NCBI GenBank assembly: GCA_053919585.1
Contig: CM132784.1
Direction: 5' to 3' (one strand)
DNA from: Euprymna scolopes
Taxonomy: Eukaryota
Length of the DNA stretch: 64,000 bases
Positions 12,907 through 26,057 of this stretch are shown one piece after another. The notes below the pieces were generated by a model. That model was not told the DNA's origin. It did no database searches and saw only the letters and a program-made list of their open reading frames with translations. A program made the translations under genes and the position numbers. Positions within the stretch are counted from its first letter, which is position 1. Each line of letters starts with the position of its first letter.

Positions 12907-15780
12907 CTAGCTGAAGTACCCGGCGTTGCCAGGTTGCATTTGATATATTTGTACTATTCCGTCCTAATACATTATTATCAACTGATTAAAGGAAACATGA
13001 ATAATGGCTTCTTTTTCCACAACATTCATGATGGTAGAAGCAGGTCTCGCTAGTAGCCTTTATTCTCTCTTCTAGTTTAATTTTTTATCTTTTAGTCTTT
13101 CTTCTTTCAAAATATGATGTAAAAATTGTAATTATCATTTCATATCTTAGTGCATATCTGAAAACTGTTAAATCGCCCTTTGGTTCAACTATTTAACGTG
13201 CAATATATACAAAGATGACATTAGCATTCTATTCTGCTAATGAAATAATTAAAATTTACTTTCTAGCAGTGCATATCTGAAAGCTGGTAAATATACCTGT
13301 AGCATTAATTTTGAAGAGCCTCAACATAAACAGCATGTTGGGCGTGAACTCTAACAGGTGTGTAAATGTAGAGGTTTCAGTTTCCAATGCGTGAGTAACC
13401 AACATACAACTGGCCATGAGGAAAGCAAGGTGCCTGAAGATTAAGTCCAACAACTTTTAGGCTTTGTCTTTGAGCTTTACTTATAGGCATGGCAAAAGTA
13501 ATTTTTATTGAGACTTGTAAATGCTTGAACTGAAATGGCATGTCAGAAGGAATAAAGGGGATCCAAGGAATTAACACAGTTTCACCCTTAAGATGTCCAG
13601 TTATTATAATGGTTTCCAGAACATTAGTTTTCAAAGATTTTATTGCTAACCGTGTGCCATTACACAGTTTAGGTGGATCAAGATTTCCTAATGATATAAT
13701 TGGAGCTCCTTCCTTCAATATCAGTGTATGATCTGGTATTCCAAGCGGTTGTTGTGAAGTTAGAAATTCTACATGAAATTCTAATGCCTGATTTCCAAAA
13801 ATAACACAATCCAAGAATTGATAAGATTTCTTTAACTCAGGCAACTCTTGCAAAAGATTATAAGTGATCATATCAACAGCATCATTTCTAGGGACCAAGA
13901 TTGCTCTTTCACAAAGCCATCCAACATTGTGGAAGTTATGAGCAATATCTGGAAAAACCTAAGTCATCATGTCACCAATTGAATTTACTATCTGATAACA
14001 TGATAATTTGTGCAGTTGAATATTTCTATTTAATGCTATTGAACCATTGTCAATGGGAAAGAGGCGATTTATGAAAAGTGCTGCAGACTGATGATCAAAT
14101 CGTAAAAGTGTCCTCATATTGACACTAAAAGTGAACTTTAGGCCAAAGAGGTGATGCCTTAAGGCATGTATTTAGCTCATCAGGTTTAGTGCCTTTGGGA
14201 ATCACAGGTAAGGTTTGACGAAAATCACCAGATAGCAAAAAAAAAAACAACAAAAAACAAAACAAAAAAACAACAACATTTTTTAAAATTTTTTATTTCA
14301 AGTCCCTAAGACTACAATCTAATGTCTGGAATCTTCCTTGATAAGACATGGTATATTCATCCCCAAATATTAATTTATTTCGTTGCAATAAACTGGCCAT
14401 GATGGAACCTCGCGGTATGTTGCAAACACATTCATTTTCAAAGTTCTTGGCCAAATCAAGACGAAACTTGAAAGTAGAGTGTGCAGTAAGACCCCCAGCA
14501 AGAAGTGTTGCTGCTGCAACTGAAGAAGCAACTGCTAATGCAATGGTTCCATTAGATTTCACTTTTGCAAAATTAAGATTTAAAAGGAATGTCTTCCCTG
14601 TCCCACCCAGATCATCAAGGTATAAAAGCCCGCCTGCATCATCATTTACTCTACTCGCAATGAAGTCATATATCCTTTGTTGTTCATCAAGTAGTTTTGA
14701 CTCATTTTCACACACATGCCTGCTCATCTCATGTAAGTTGCATGAAGCATGTTCATCCCTGTGAGATGATGGTAAGCCATTTTATAAAATATGTTTTCCA
14801 CCCTAAATGGGGGAGCTTCTCCTGAAGATGCCACAAAACTTCATTTAAGCTGTCACCTGAAAGAGTGATATCGACACGAGAATTGCTTTGCTGGACGCTA
14901 CATAGAATATCTTCGCTGAGATTGGTTTCATACTTCTCACACAGATCTGTTGGATTAGAAATATTATAATTATAACATATAAACTATGTAACTAATTGGG
15001 TGACTGGAAAAGTGGTACTTTATTCCATAGTTTTGTCCTTTTTTTAATTTTATTTTCTTCCTTTGAAGATTATAACGCTGGGTATCGGACAGCCAAACCA
15101 GCTGCCAACATTGCCCCGCTTTTTATTGAAACCAACCGAAAGCTCTTTTTAGTATCCTCGTTATTCCCTTACGTGAGTCATCCTGTAATAAACCAAGGGA
15201 TAGACATGCATGTTTAAATTTTTCCAAAATTGAGCCATTAACTGTTTTTAGGTCCTGGAAACTGTTTGGTCGTTTAACTTTATGCAGAAGGATGCGGAGG
15301 AAGTAGCATTCAAAGTTAGTTAGATGGATAGTGAACGCTGCCAATTGCATAGGAACTGAAAACATTTAACTAACCATAAACTCTGTTTCCTTTCTGTCTA
15401 TGTTGCCATTTTGGTACGATCACATATATTATTTATGTACTTCATTATAGAAAAGAGTACATGAAAAAACACCCTCCCTGCAAAATTCAAGCAAAGATGT
15501 AGGGAGCATCAAGTTGTTGTTCAACATTCTGTGGGGTTTCAAAATAAAAATAAATTCTTTGTCCTTTTTCCAGGTGTACATAACGATGAATTGCAGGGGA
15601 GTATCGCTAACAAATAGAGAAGCACAATAACCTCCAAACAGCCCCAATTGCTAATATACCTGGATTTCCTGTAACATTGGATTTTATCGTTCTCATTAGC
15701 AATACAAGACATAGCCATGTCATGCCCTTTGTTAATATATTTACATACTTACTTAATTATAGATAGGTATGCCTTCGTAT
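12907..15780 (-). mobile_element. Decayed autonomous Helitron (Rep/PIF1 helicase), 3' part
   Basis: Rep motif VCKYINKGH (about 15720-15750); ECYFLRILLH...SFQDLKTVNG; Walker A GGTGKTFL; PPKLCNGTRL and FAMPISKAQRQSL...HGQLYV...SR; 3' hairpin plus CTAG at 12907-12935. Confidence 0.92.
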
Positions 15781-16199
15781 ATTTAATTCAATGTCTGCAG
15801 CCTATAAATTCTTATTTCTTTACTAAAATAGAAAAAAATTATTTAAAGAAAAAAAGAGGAAATTACTTAAAAAGAAAGGGAGAAGCTATTTAAAGTAAAG
15901 GAAAAGTTATTAAGAGAAAAGAAAATTATTTCAAAGGAACAGGAGTAATAATTTAAAGAAAATAACAGATTATTAAAGTTAGGATAGACAAATATTTTCA
16001 TGTTCAGAATCCCGAGCAATATTTTCGTATTATTTGGAAAAAAAGAAGAAGAAGAAAAAAGAATACGTTGGGACTTTGACATTAGTCAAAGTAAGCTTTT
16101 CTATATTTCTATAAAAGAAACTTAGGAACCTGATATTAGCCCAAGTAAACTTTTCTATATTTCTATCTGTATTTAGAATTTGCCCCTATCGTGCAAAAT

Positions 16200-16920
16200 T
16201 TTCTTAAGAAATTCAATTTCATAAGTTCCAAATCTCAGCGACTATTGATCAGAATTTAACAAATGAATGCTCGTTGGAAAAGTTATTACCCTGAATTATG
16301 TAGTGAGCTATGTGACATTTGCCCGGGACTTAAAAAGGATCTAAGAACCTTGGCTTTATTCGTGAGGAACCCCAACACCAAATCTAGAAAGGATAAGGGC
16401 ACCAAGAGAAACCTTTCAGATCGTGATATTCAGAAAGTTCGTAGGGAAGTCAACCGAAATCCAAACAGCACCAGAGAATAATTGGGATAAGCTTTTGGAA
16501 CATCCTGAGTGTCAGAGGATGTAAAGATTACCAGCAATGCGTAAACGACCTTTTTAGACAATCATTTGTACTCATGGCTAGATGACCTACTATTGTCACG
16601 TCGCTTTCAGATTATTTTTATGACAATGCACCGTCCCATAGGGCGACTGCAACTATGAATCTATGGACTTCATAGGAGAAACCTTCATGACCTGCCCACC
16701 GTGTTCTCCAGGCCTTAACCCCATTGAACATTTCTGGCCAATATTGAAAAGAGGGGTTTATTAAGGAGGAGAGCAATTTACTTCAAAGGATGTCTTGTAG
16801 AGGAAAATAGTTGATGTCAGCAAAGCCATAACTCCTTTTTAGATTAAACAATTGGCTTCCTCGGTGGGTTATTTAAAGTTATTTTAAGAAATGATGGCTA
16901 TATTCCATTTATTTGAGACT
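16200..16920 (+). mobile_element. Tc1-like transposase remnant
   Basis: DNAPSH (about 16620) and PPCSPGLNPIEHFWPILKR (about 16695-16755); N-terminal LSDRDIQKVRREVNRNP. TIRs not identified. Confidence 0.8.
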
Positions 16921-17244
16921 TAGCACCTAGGATGTTCTTTTGTTTGTTATTCTTAGACATAAAACTATAATAAAAAATAAAGTTTTTATTATTAGACATT
17001 GTATTTTTTCCCTAAAACAACAGTTTAAGAGACCTACAATAAAGCGATGGACAATGGAAATTACTTGATAAAGAATAAAATGTCATAATTTCGTGAATAT
17101 CGCATGAATTTAAATAAAATTATGGGAAATAACTAACCTTAACCTTAGTCTTTTGATGATATAATTTTATTTTTTTTCTGACGTATATTTAGCGAAGTAT
17201 TTATATTTTACTAATTTGCAATAAAGCGATTGCTATAGTTTATA

Positions 17245-17610
17245 CATACATACAAACATACATGCATACATGATGATTGCAACGTCTTGTCAGACGAGTG
17301 CCACTCCTTCAGACACTTAAAGTCCATGAGCCCCAAAATGACTTCCATCGCCACAGGACCATTTTAATAGACAGATGCCTGAGAGAGTATCTATACACAG
17401 ATGATGTTACAGAGTCTTAGCTTTGTACGACAGCTAAGTCTCTCTCTCGGTTCAAAATGTTGAGATCCAGCAACAAGCAAGAGCAAGATAGCCAGCAACA
17501 AATTAAACTGCAGATCAGCTTAATGCGGGTACTGGTCTCCCGCTTTATGTTTTTTTTTATATCAGAGATTTGCTTCTTCTGGAAAGGTTGCCTTCACTAC
17601 GGCTTACGGG
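17245..17610 (-). mobile_element. Non-autonomous RTE-related short element/SINE (copy 1; head runs into an N-block)
   Basis: Highly similar to 59445-59770. Carries the shared 5' module and a 3' cgtct-gaca-agacg hairpin followed by a (TATG)n tail. Confidence 0.7.
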
Positions 17611-17756
17611 NNNNNNNNNNNNNNNNNNNNNNNNNNNNNNNNNNNNNNNNNNNNNNNNNNNNNNNNNNNNNNNNNNNNNNNNNNNNNNNNNNNNNNNNNN
17701 NNNNNNNNNNNNNNNNNNNNNNNNNNNNNNNNNNNNNNNNNNNNNNNNNNNNNNNN

Positions 17757-17935
17757 ATTTCAGCCCGGCGTTGCCCGGGTGTTTGGATGCGTATGTTGAG
17801 CAAAAAAAAAAAATAAAAAAGTGGTAGTAGGAAGGCAGGCTCGAACCCGTACCCCGAAGGAGGAGAAGAACGGGGAAAAAGCTTGACGTCTTTGCTGTTA
17901 CGACCACCGCCAAACCGAACGTGGCCTATGTAGGT
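17757..17935 (-). mobile_element. Helitron family A 3' fragment
   Basis: Near-identical to the reverse complement of about 19470-19642. Confidence 0.85.
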
Positions 17936-18676
17936 TAAAAAACAAAACAGACTAATTACCAATGCATATAATTGTCACAGGTTTTATTATTTCGTTACGC
18001 ACATGTGTGCATGTGTCTGTGTATGTGTTCGACTGGGTTGCTGATACGCTTATAAGTATGTGTGTGTATGCCTCATTGGAAACCCTATATACTAATTTAT
18101 CTTTATTCACCATCGACCTCTTTCTTAATTTGATACGTTAACTCTTAACCTTTAATCTAAGTTGATTTCTAATGTTTTTACGCTCCTCCCATTCCTTATA
18201 GTAAAGTAATGTACTCATACTGTCCCCTTCGCCCTTCTTCCGTCTTTCTGTTCTTTCTTTTTCTTTTTCGATGTCTTTTCGTTTCCCTGTTTATCCCTTT
18301 CTACCCTTTCCCTTTATCCTGTTAAGTCTTGACATTCTCTTTCTCCTTATTACCTTCTATTTTGAGTCTAAAATGTCAATTAATGTCACCTCCTCCAATT
18401 TAAATTTTAACGTTTTAATATTTTATTTTTGTAAATAAAAAATATATCTCACTCCTTCCATTTTTGAAACAGATGGCTTCGGTGGCAAATAAACTTTTTA
18501 CGTCGTCTAACGAGTGACTTTTGGTATCTTGCAAACCAATTTGTCCGAAACATTAGCCTGATCAGTGTAGCGACTATACAATATGTGACTATGTAAATAA
18601 AAATAATATATTTTGCTTATTTTTATTGAGCACTCTTAATAACATGATTTTAATACATGAATTTTATCTCCTAAAC

Positions 18677-18746
<70 letters not shown>

Positions 18747-18756
<10 letters not shown>

Positions 18757-19647
18757 TGAACGTGTCTGTGTGTCTGTGTATCTGTTTGTTTGTGTGTCTG
18801 TGTGTGTACATTTCCCTACGCAATGTCTCTGTTAATTTTTAGTCTACATACTCGAAATTTGATACGCAGTGTACTGAGATTTGGGAAAATCTTTATAATC
18901 CATTTTCGGCCAGAAATTTGGCTGTTAAGAGGTCAAAGTTCAACGATTAGACATTTGAGAACTCTACCAAACTCCTCCGACAATTTTGGGTTTAAACACT
19001 TGGAATTTTTGATATAGGTTTCTTAGACATGGACTCAATAACTCGATTTGAGCCATAACCAATAAAATGTTTAGGGGTCATAATAGGGTCAAAGTTAAAA
19101 AGAAATTGACCTCTGCGGTCTTTACGAAATTACTCAGACGATTTCTGGTCTAAACATTGGAAATTTTACATAAAAAGGTATTTAGAGATAGGGCAAGCTT
19201 TTTAATCGGTTTTGGTCGAAAATTTTTAGTTACCAATATATAAATGTCTGTATGTATGTTTGCATGTCTGCCTAAAACTTTCGACAGAGGCGACGGATTT
19301 TTACAAGATCAGTATCGTTTTAAAGTTCGACCTTTCAGACGACAAATATCGAAAAATTGGCTAAAAACATTAATATCTTCACCTGGACACTTTTCTACAG
19401 GGGGGGGGGTCACTTTTTCACCGATATTTTTTAAAGTCATGCTCTCCTTTCGATTGTCTAACCTTAATTTAAGCATAGGCCACATTCGGTTTGGCGGTGG
19501 TCGTAACAGCAAAGACGTCAAGCTTTTTTCCCGTTCTTCTCCTCCTTCGGGGTACGGGTTCGAGCCTGCCTTCCTACTACCACTTTTTTATTTTTTTGCT
19601 CAACATACGCATCCAAACACCCGGGCAACGCCGGGCTGAATTGCTAG
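18747..19647 (+). mobile_element. Non-autonomous Helitron family A (long form), inserted at (TA)n
   Basis: Starts tataaaagtgaacgtgtctg; ends with cccgggcaacgccggg hairpin plus CTAG|T. Confidence 0.88.
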
Positions 19648-19651
19648 TATA

Positions 19652-20140
19652 TCTATAAAAGTGAACGTGTCTGTATATCTGTGGTACCGTGTGCCTTTGT
19701 GTGTACATTTCCCTACGCAAAACCTCTGTCAATTTTAAGTCTACAGACTCGAAATTTGATATACAGGGTACTGAGATTTGGGAAAATCTTTGTAATCCAT
19801 TTTTGGCAAAAAATTTGGTGTTAACGGGTCAAAGTTAAACGATTTGACCTTTGAGAACTTTACCAAACTCCTCCGCCAATGTTGAGTATAAACAATTGAA
19901 ATTTTAGATAGAGGTTCCTTGGACATGGATCTAACTTAATAACTTGATTTGAGCCCCAAGCAATTAATGTTAAGGGGTCATAATAGGGGTCAAAGTTAAA
20001 AAAAAATTGATCTCTGCGGTCTCTACCAAATTACTCAGACGATTTCTGGTCTAAACATTTGAAATTTTATATTATTCAGAGATAGGGCAAGCTTTTTAAT
20101 CGGTTTTGGTCGAAAATGTTTAGTTACCGATATAAAAATG

Positions 20141-20174
<34 letters not shown>

Positions 20175-20600
20175 TGTTTGCATTATCGGTTTGGGTCGAA
20201 AATTTTTAGTTACCAATATATAAATGCATTTATTTATGGTAGCGTTATCGTTTTGAATTTCGACCTTTCAGACGACAAATATCGAAAAATTTGCAAAAAA
20301 CATTAATATCTTCCCCTTCAACTAGGCACTTTTCTACAGGGCAGGGGTTAGGGTTAGGGTTAGGGTTAGGGTTTTTTCGCCGATATCTTTCAAAGTCGTC
20401 ATCTCCTTTCGATTGTGCAGCCTTAATATAAACCTACGTCACCTACGGTTTGTCGATGGTCGTAACAGCAAAGGCGTCAGGTTTTTTTCCCCATTCTTTT
20501 CCTCTTTCGCGGTACAGGTTCGAGCCTGCCATCCTACTACCACTTTTCTTTTTGCTCAACATACACATCCAAACACCCGGGCAACACCAGACTGAAATGC

Positions 20601-20603
<3 letters not shown>
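19652..20603 (+). mobile_element. Second head-to-tail Helitron family A copy, with (TTAGGG)4 and an internal duplication
   Basis: Starts TCTATAAAAGTGAACG 4 nt after the previous CTAG. Ends with a degenerate hairpin plus CTAC, then (TA)n. Confidence 0.88.
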
Positions 20604-20676
<73 letters not shown>

Positions 20677-20829
20677 AGGGAACTTCATATGCCTTCATGC
20701 AGTAACTTAGTCCAAAATATATGTTATCCTACATTGCACTCTAGAGAACATACGGTTTCTTTTATAAAATTATTTTATATAAACTTCTTTCCAGTCAACG
20801 AAAAAAAAACCCCCCCAAAACATTAAGAA

Positions 20830-21102
20830 ATTTACGTGCGGCGGAGTTTGAACTCACAGACCACGTCATGCAAAAAAAAAACAAAAAAAAACAAACAAAC
20901 AAACAAACAAACAAACAAAACAAACAAAAAAAAAACAAAAACAACAAAAAATATGTAAATTTCCAAGTTTTATAAAATTTTTTGCAGTTGATGGAAAAAA
21001 TGAACAAACTTACGTGCGGAGTTTGAACCTACAGACTACGTCATGAAAAAAAAAAAACCCCACAAAAAAAAAAAAAAAACACGCTATCAATTTACCCACA
21101 GT
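20830..21102 (-). mobile_element. Degenerate tRNA-derived SINE-like sequence with a duplicated B-box segment
   Basis: The minus strand reads catgacgtggtctgtgagttcaaactccgc twice (about 20832-20870 and 21009-21046), with an A-box-like gtgggtaaattgatagcgt near 21080-21100. Confidence 0.45.
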
Positions 21103-21315
21103 AGAATTTTCATGGCCCCCTTGTTCTATTATTGTTGCTAAGTGATGACATGAAAAAAATGGCATTATCGATGATAAATTAAAATAATTGTTTCGAGTAT
21201 CGATTATCGAGACAAAAATAAACTAGGATCACTCCCAGTTCTGTAAATTTTAAAGAAAATATGTTCAGCCTTTTTGGAGTCTATAAGGAACGAACTCACA
21301 ACACAAAGACAAAGT

Positions 21316-21380
<65 letters not shown>

Positions 21381-22243
21381 GCGTGCGTATAGTGAGATCA
21401 ATATCGAGTGTCGGGTCTCGCATCCGTGAATGAAACGGATATAATGTGAATCACGATATTGTTTGCCTTATTTATTGTTCATAACAACTCCTACGAATAA
21501 TTGTATTTGTTTTATTTAGCTCTTTTTTGTTGTTCCGTTCTATTATTAGACGTTGCTTTTTCATTGCGATATACGAAAGCTTTGCATAGCATTTGTTGAC
21601 AGAAGGAAACGACCATTTATTTTCCTTCTTGTCCACATGGATGCATGTTACACACACACATACACATACACTACACACAATGTAACACGCACGCACACAC
21701 GCACACACGCACGCACACACATGCACACACTATGTAAACAAAAAAAAATATTTAAAGCTTTTATTTTTTATAAGATATAGAGTTTAAACGTTCAAAATTT
21801 GGTGTTTTAATCCAGTTCTGTTCCGATTTGGAGACTTTCTTTGAGTGATGTTAGGCGAGAAGACATAATATGCGGTGGTATCGTGAAACTGCAGTAAAGT
21901 GTTAAAATATGTATATATATTCAACATCATCTATTATAATAAATCCCTATTCCTGTCTGTTCATAATGACGTCATAGCATCTATATATGCACATTTATAA
22001 ACTAAAATAAGCCACACACGCTAATTGTCTCTTCTTAAAAGGGAAAATGGAGACACTGTTAGAATTTTANNNNNNNNNNNNNNNNNNNNNNNNNNNNNNN
22101 NNNNNNNNNNNNNNNNNNNNNNNNNNNNNNNNNNNNNNNNNNNNNNNNNNNNNNNNNNNNNNNNNNNNNNNNNNNNNNNNNNNNNNNNNNNNNNNNNNNN
22201 NNNNNNNNNNNNNNNNNNNNNNNNNNNNNNNNNNNNNNNNNNN

Positions 22244-22610
22244 CTCTATCGCTTCCGAAACTAAAAGTCGCAGAGCGGCGCTAAGGGCCACAAATGGTTG
22301 GATTTTTTGGACTGCTCTTTTATGGGTCTTTAGCCGGTTAAAATAGTTTTTAAGGGGTCAAAAAATGTGTTAAAATAGTTTTTAAGGGGTAAAAAAATGG
22401 GTTAAAATTGAAAAAAATCGTTATACACTTTCTACATTTATCTCAGTTTATTTTAATTTTTTATTTTGATCAGTCTGTATGTGTGTCACGTTCGTACAGT
22501 GGTAGCGTTACCAGATTTGAATGCTGCAGTTTTGCTTACGGTTTCGATTTTAGCTGATTGCACCAAAATACTTTTATTTTTTTTAATTTTGATATCACGA
22601 AATAATATTT

Positions 22611-22655
<45 letters not shown>

Positions 22656-22695
22656 TATACAAGATCTGGACAAATATAATTTCATATTTAAGCGT
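22244..22695 (+). mobile_element. Interspersed repeat (Helitron-like family B), copy 1
   Basis: Reverse-complement match to 56960-57330, for example actaaaagtcgcagagcggcgctaagggcc. Confidence 0.7.
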
Positions 22696-23279
22696 ATTTT
22701 ACGACTGGGAAANNNNNNNNNNNNNNNNNNNNNNNNNNNNNNNNNNNNNNNNNNNNNNNNNNNNNNNNNNNNNNNNNNNNNNNNNNNNNNNNNNNNNNNN
22801 NNNNNNNNNNNNNNNNNNNNNNNNNNNNNNNNNNNNNNNNNNNNNNNNNNNNNNNNNNNNNNNNNNNNNNNNNNNNNNNNNNNNNNNNNNNNNNNNNNNN
22901 NNNNNNNNNNNNNNNNNNNNNNNNNNNNNNNNNNNNNNNNNNNNNNNNNNNNNNNNNNNNNNNNNNNNNNNNNNNNNNNNNNNNNNNNNNNNNNNNNNNN
23001 NNNNNNNNNNNNNNNNNNNNNNNNNNNNNNNNNNNNNNNNNNNNNNNNNNNNNNNCGGTATTGAGTAGTGATCTGCTGTACCCTGCCTTACGCATGACTT
23101 TTTCGTTTGTCTTCTTTTCTGTCCATGAAATTCGTAGAGTTCTCCTTAAAAATATATATGTCCTCTACTTCCAGCCACCTTCGTTACTGTCCAACATTCC
23201 TAACCGTAAAGGAGAATTGACCATAGATGCGTCTTCAAGATTTAATGCTGGCGAACGGCTTGGAAAAAAGTTTGACGTT

Positions 23280-23460
23280 AAACAGTTCACTAACAATCTC
23301 AACAGTGTCACTGGAAATACGACTATAGATCTCGTCAGAAAGACCGAATGCAGAGAGGGCTGGAGAGGCATGATCATTGATGTCGTGAATAACAGACCTG
23401 ATACTTGAAGAAGAAGAAGAAGAAGAAGAAGAAGAAGAAGAAGAAGAAGAAGAAGAAAAG
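23280..23460 (+). mobile_element. RTE-like LINE extreme 3' end with (GAA)n tail
   Basis: FTNNLNS...DLVRKTECREGWRGMIIDVVNNRPDT* resembles RTE C-termini, and the stop is followed directly by (GAA)n. Confidence 0.6.
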
Positions 23461-25280
23461 ATAAGGCGTATCTTGCGCATTTAAAAGTGTAATCATCACG
23501 AACGTTTCAGGAAAGTCTTTCTTATTTTGCCCATAAGTTTTCACATTCCGCGAGCGATTTTTCTGACAAAGTGGGAAGAATTCCATTTTTCTGAGTCGAG
23601 ATCTCTCTACCTATTATTTATCTATGGTTAGTTTCTTGAACGGGAAGTAGTATTTTTAGCTCCTTACATCAAGTAGCTTCATGTTGCGTCTGTAACGATT
23701 TCCATTAAAAAGCAAAATAAGAAACCGACAGCTTAATTTTCCTTTATTTTAATTTTCATGTGACTGGTAAGTTTGTAGTTTATGTGGTTTGGTTTCCATA
23801 TTCAAAGATTTTCTTTAAATCTGTTTTTAAATCTTGCATCTCCCTTTTGATTCTATTTTTTCTAGTATTTATTCAGTTTCTTTTTTTTTTTCAGGAATAT
23901 TTCCTTGTGATTCTAAGTCATTGCTATTATATCGACTATTTTTACGTTTCACATTCAATTCGATTCCCCTGCAAGTTCTGTGTGTTTGCTTAAAATGGGA
24001 ATTCACGTATTCAATTGTGCTTTAAGCAGAAACATTCATTTATAACGCGCCCCTGTCATATAAAATAACCTACTGTTTATTTTATATGCCAGACTTTTTT
24101 TGCTTGTATAGTAATAAAACTTCTCAAATGTACTTTTGATGTTAGGCTGTATAAGGTGTTAACTTTGGTCAAAATCGCTTATTTTTCATCACCGGCACAT
24201 ACATAAAGTACATTTGTGTGAAATTTCATAAAAATCGGCACAGCCNNNNNNNNNNNNNNNNNNNNNNNNNNNNNNNNNNNNNNNNNNNNNNNNNNNNNNN
24301 NNNNNNNNNNNNNNNNNNNNNNNNNNNNNNNNNNNNNNNNNNNNNNNNNNNNNNNNNNNNNNNNNNNNNNNNNNNNNNNNNNNNNNNGTTGGGTCAGTAT
24401 GTAAATATTAGCTATAGGAATTCATGTATGAGTGTGACACTTGTGATGTAAAGAAAATAGTTTTTTTTGACATAACAGAAACATTTCTATGAAAGTATAT
24501 TAAAATGAAAAATCACGGACGGATCAACCAAACATGAAAATAAAAAATCCTCCCTATTCGTGTAAAGTTGCCTATTTTTCCAAATAATCGCTCAAAAATC
24601 GAAAATTAAACATGATTTTCCCACGAATCGAACGCCGACGAAAGTCATTTAGCAGCAAAAACGCACATGAACCTACCGATGAGAAATATAAGAATGAAAA
24701 ATCCATATTGGAATCCTTCAACCAAGTTATAGAAACTTAAAATCTAAAAAGAAAAATAATTAATAAAACCTGAAGCAAAAAAATAAAACCTAAATAAATA
24801 AAATAAAATAAAACTAATATTGAAACAGATTAGTAAATGTATCAACAAATTCACTGTTCTCACGCAACCATTTTGTATCTAGAAATGTAAACAAAAAATA
24901 AAAAAAGAAGGAAGGAAGGAAGGAAGGAAGGAAGGAAGGAAGGAAAAGGAACGGATAGAGAGTAGTAGTAGTAGTCTTGGTTTTACTACAATTGTTCTTA
25001 TATTTGTCAACGGGTTAAAGTTGTTTAGTTGTAAGAAAATAGCGACAGTATAGTTTTAATAAAGAATAGTTGCAAAACACCCCCACTCTTCCCATGTTAA
25101 ATAATAATTTCGAAATAATAACGTTAATATTTCAGTGCACAGGTCAAAATCTGCAAAAGAAGCGATTTGTGTTTATTTGCTTACGTTGTATATGGTTAAT
25201 TATTATGCGCGCATGCGCAACCAGATGTCGTAAACCGGAAAGTGAGTTAGATCACTTGTTACAATGTCATTTGAGTTTTA

Positions 25281-25351
<71 letters not shown>

Positions 25352-26057
25352 TTTTTTTAAAGTTTAGACAAAATTAATACACATTTCAAAATAAAATAGC
25401 TGAAATATTAATAATTACAAGTAAATGATATTCCGGCATACATCTTTTTATTCAATCCAATTGATAGTCTTTTTTTTGTCTTTTCTTCTTTTCTTGAGAT
25501 CTGTTATTACTGGGTATCCAGGATTGCAAGTTTTACGCCAGATATCCAACAAAATACATTGAAAAGAAAAAAACAATAGACAGAAAAGACTGCTATCAAT
25601 TCTATATGACAAGTAGATGTATTTGGAAATATTATACACTGATATCTTAGTTATTTTATTTTATAACCTGCATTGATGTGGCCCGAAAACATACGAGGAT
25701 GGCCTATTGACTCAACCCTTCTGACGAAACTCAACATTTTATTACACACTAGTTCGTCCGACCCAGAGTTGCCTGGGATAATATGGTTACGGTTAATCTT
25801 CAACAGAATTCTGGGGAAAAAACTGAAATTTGAAATGGTATGGTTAAATGTAAGAATGGTATCCCCTCTGAAAATACTGTTTATTAGATTCATCTTTTGA
25901 AACCGTTTTTATCCTTTCCTTTCACTAGTCATTCATTTAAGTATGACCAGATGACCCGACATAGTGTTTCCGAAAATGATACATGGTGGTCGCTAGAAAA
26001 TAGGGAAATTTGTTAAACGGTAGTTTATTTTTATAATGATTAACTTTTATAAATTTA

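Noticed and set aside
13377-14727. Host PIF1 helicase gene
   Set aside because: Intronless and frameshifted, linked to a Rep motif and a Helitron 3' terminus.
22025-23095. ORF-track entries spanning N-blocks or (TA)n/(TAA)n tracts, here and elsewhere
   Set aside because: Artefacts of ambiguous bases and microsatellites.
25651-25900. Short ORFs on both strands as a host exon
   Set aside because: No recognisable domain or convincing splice sites.
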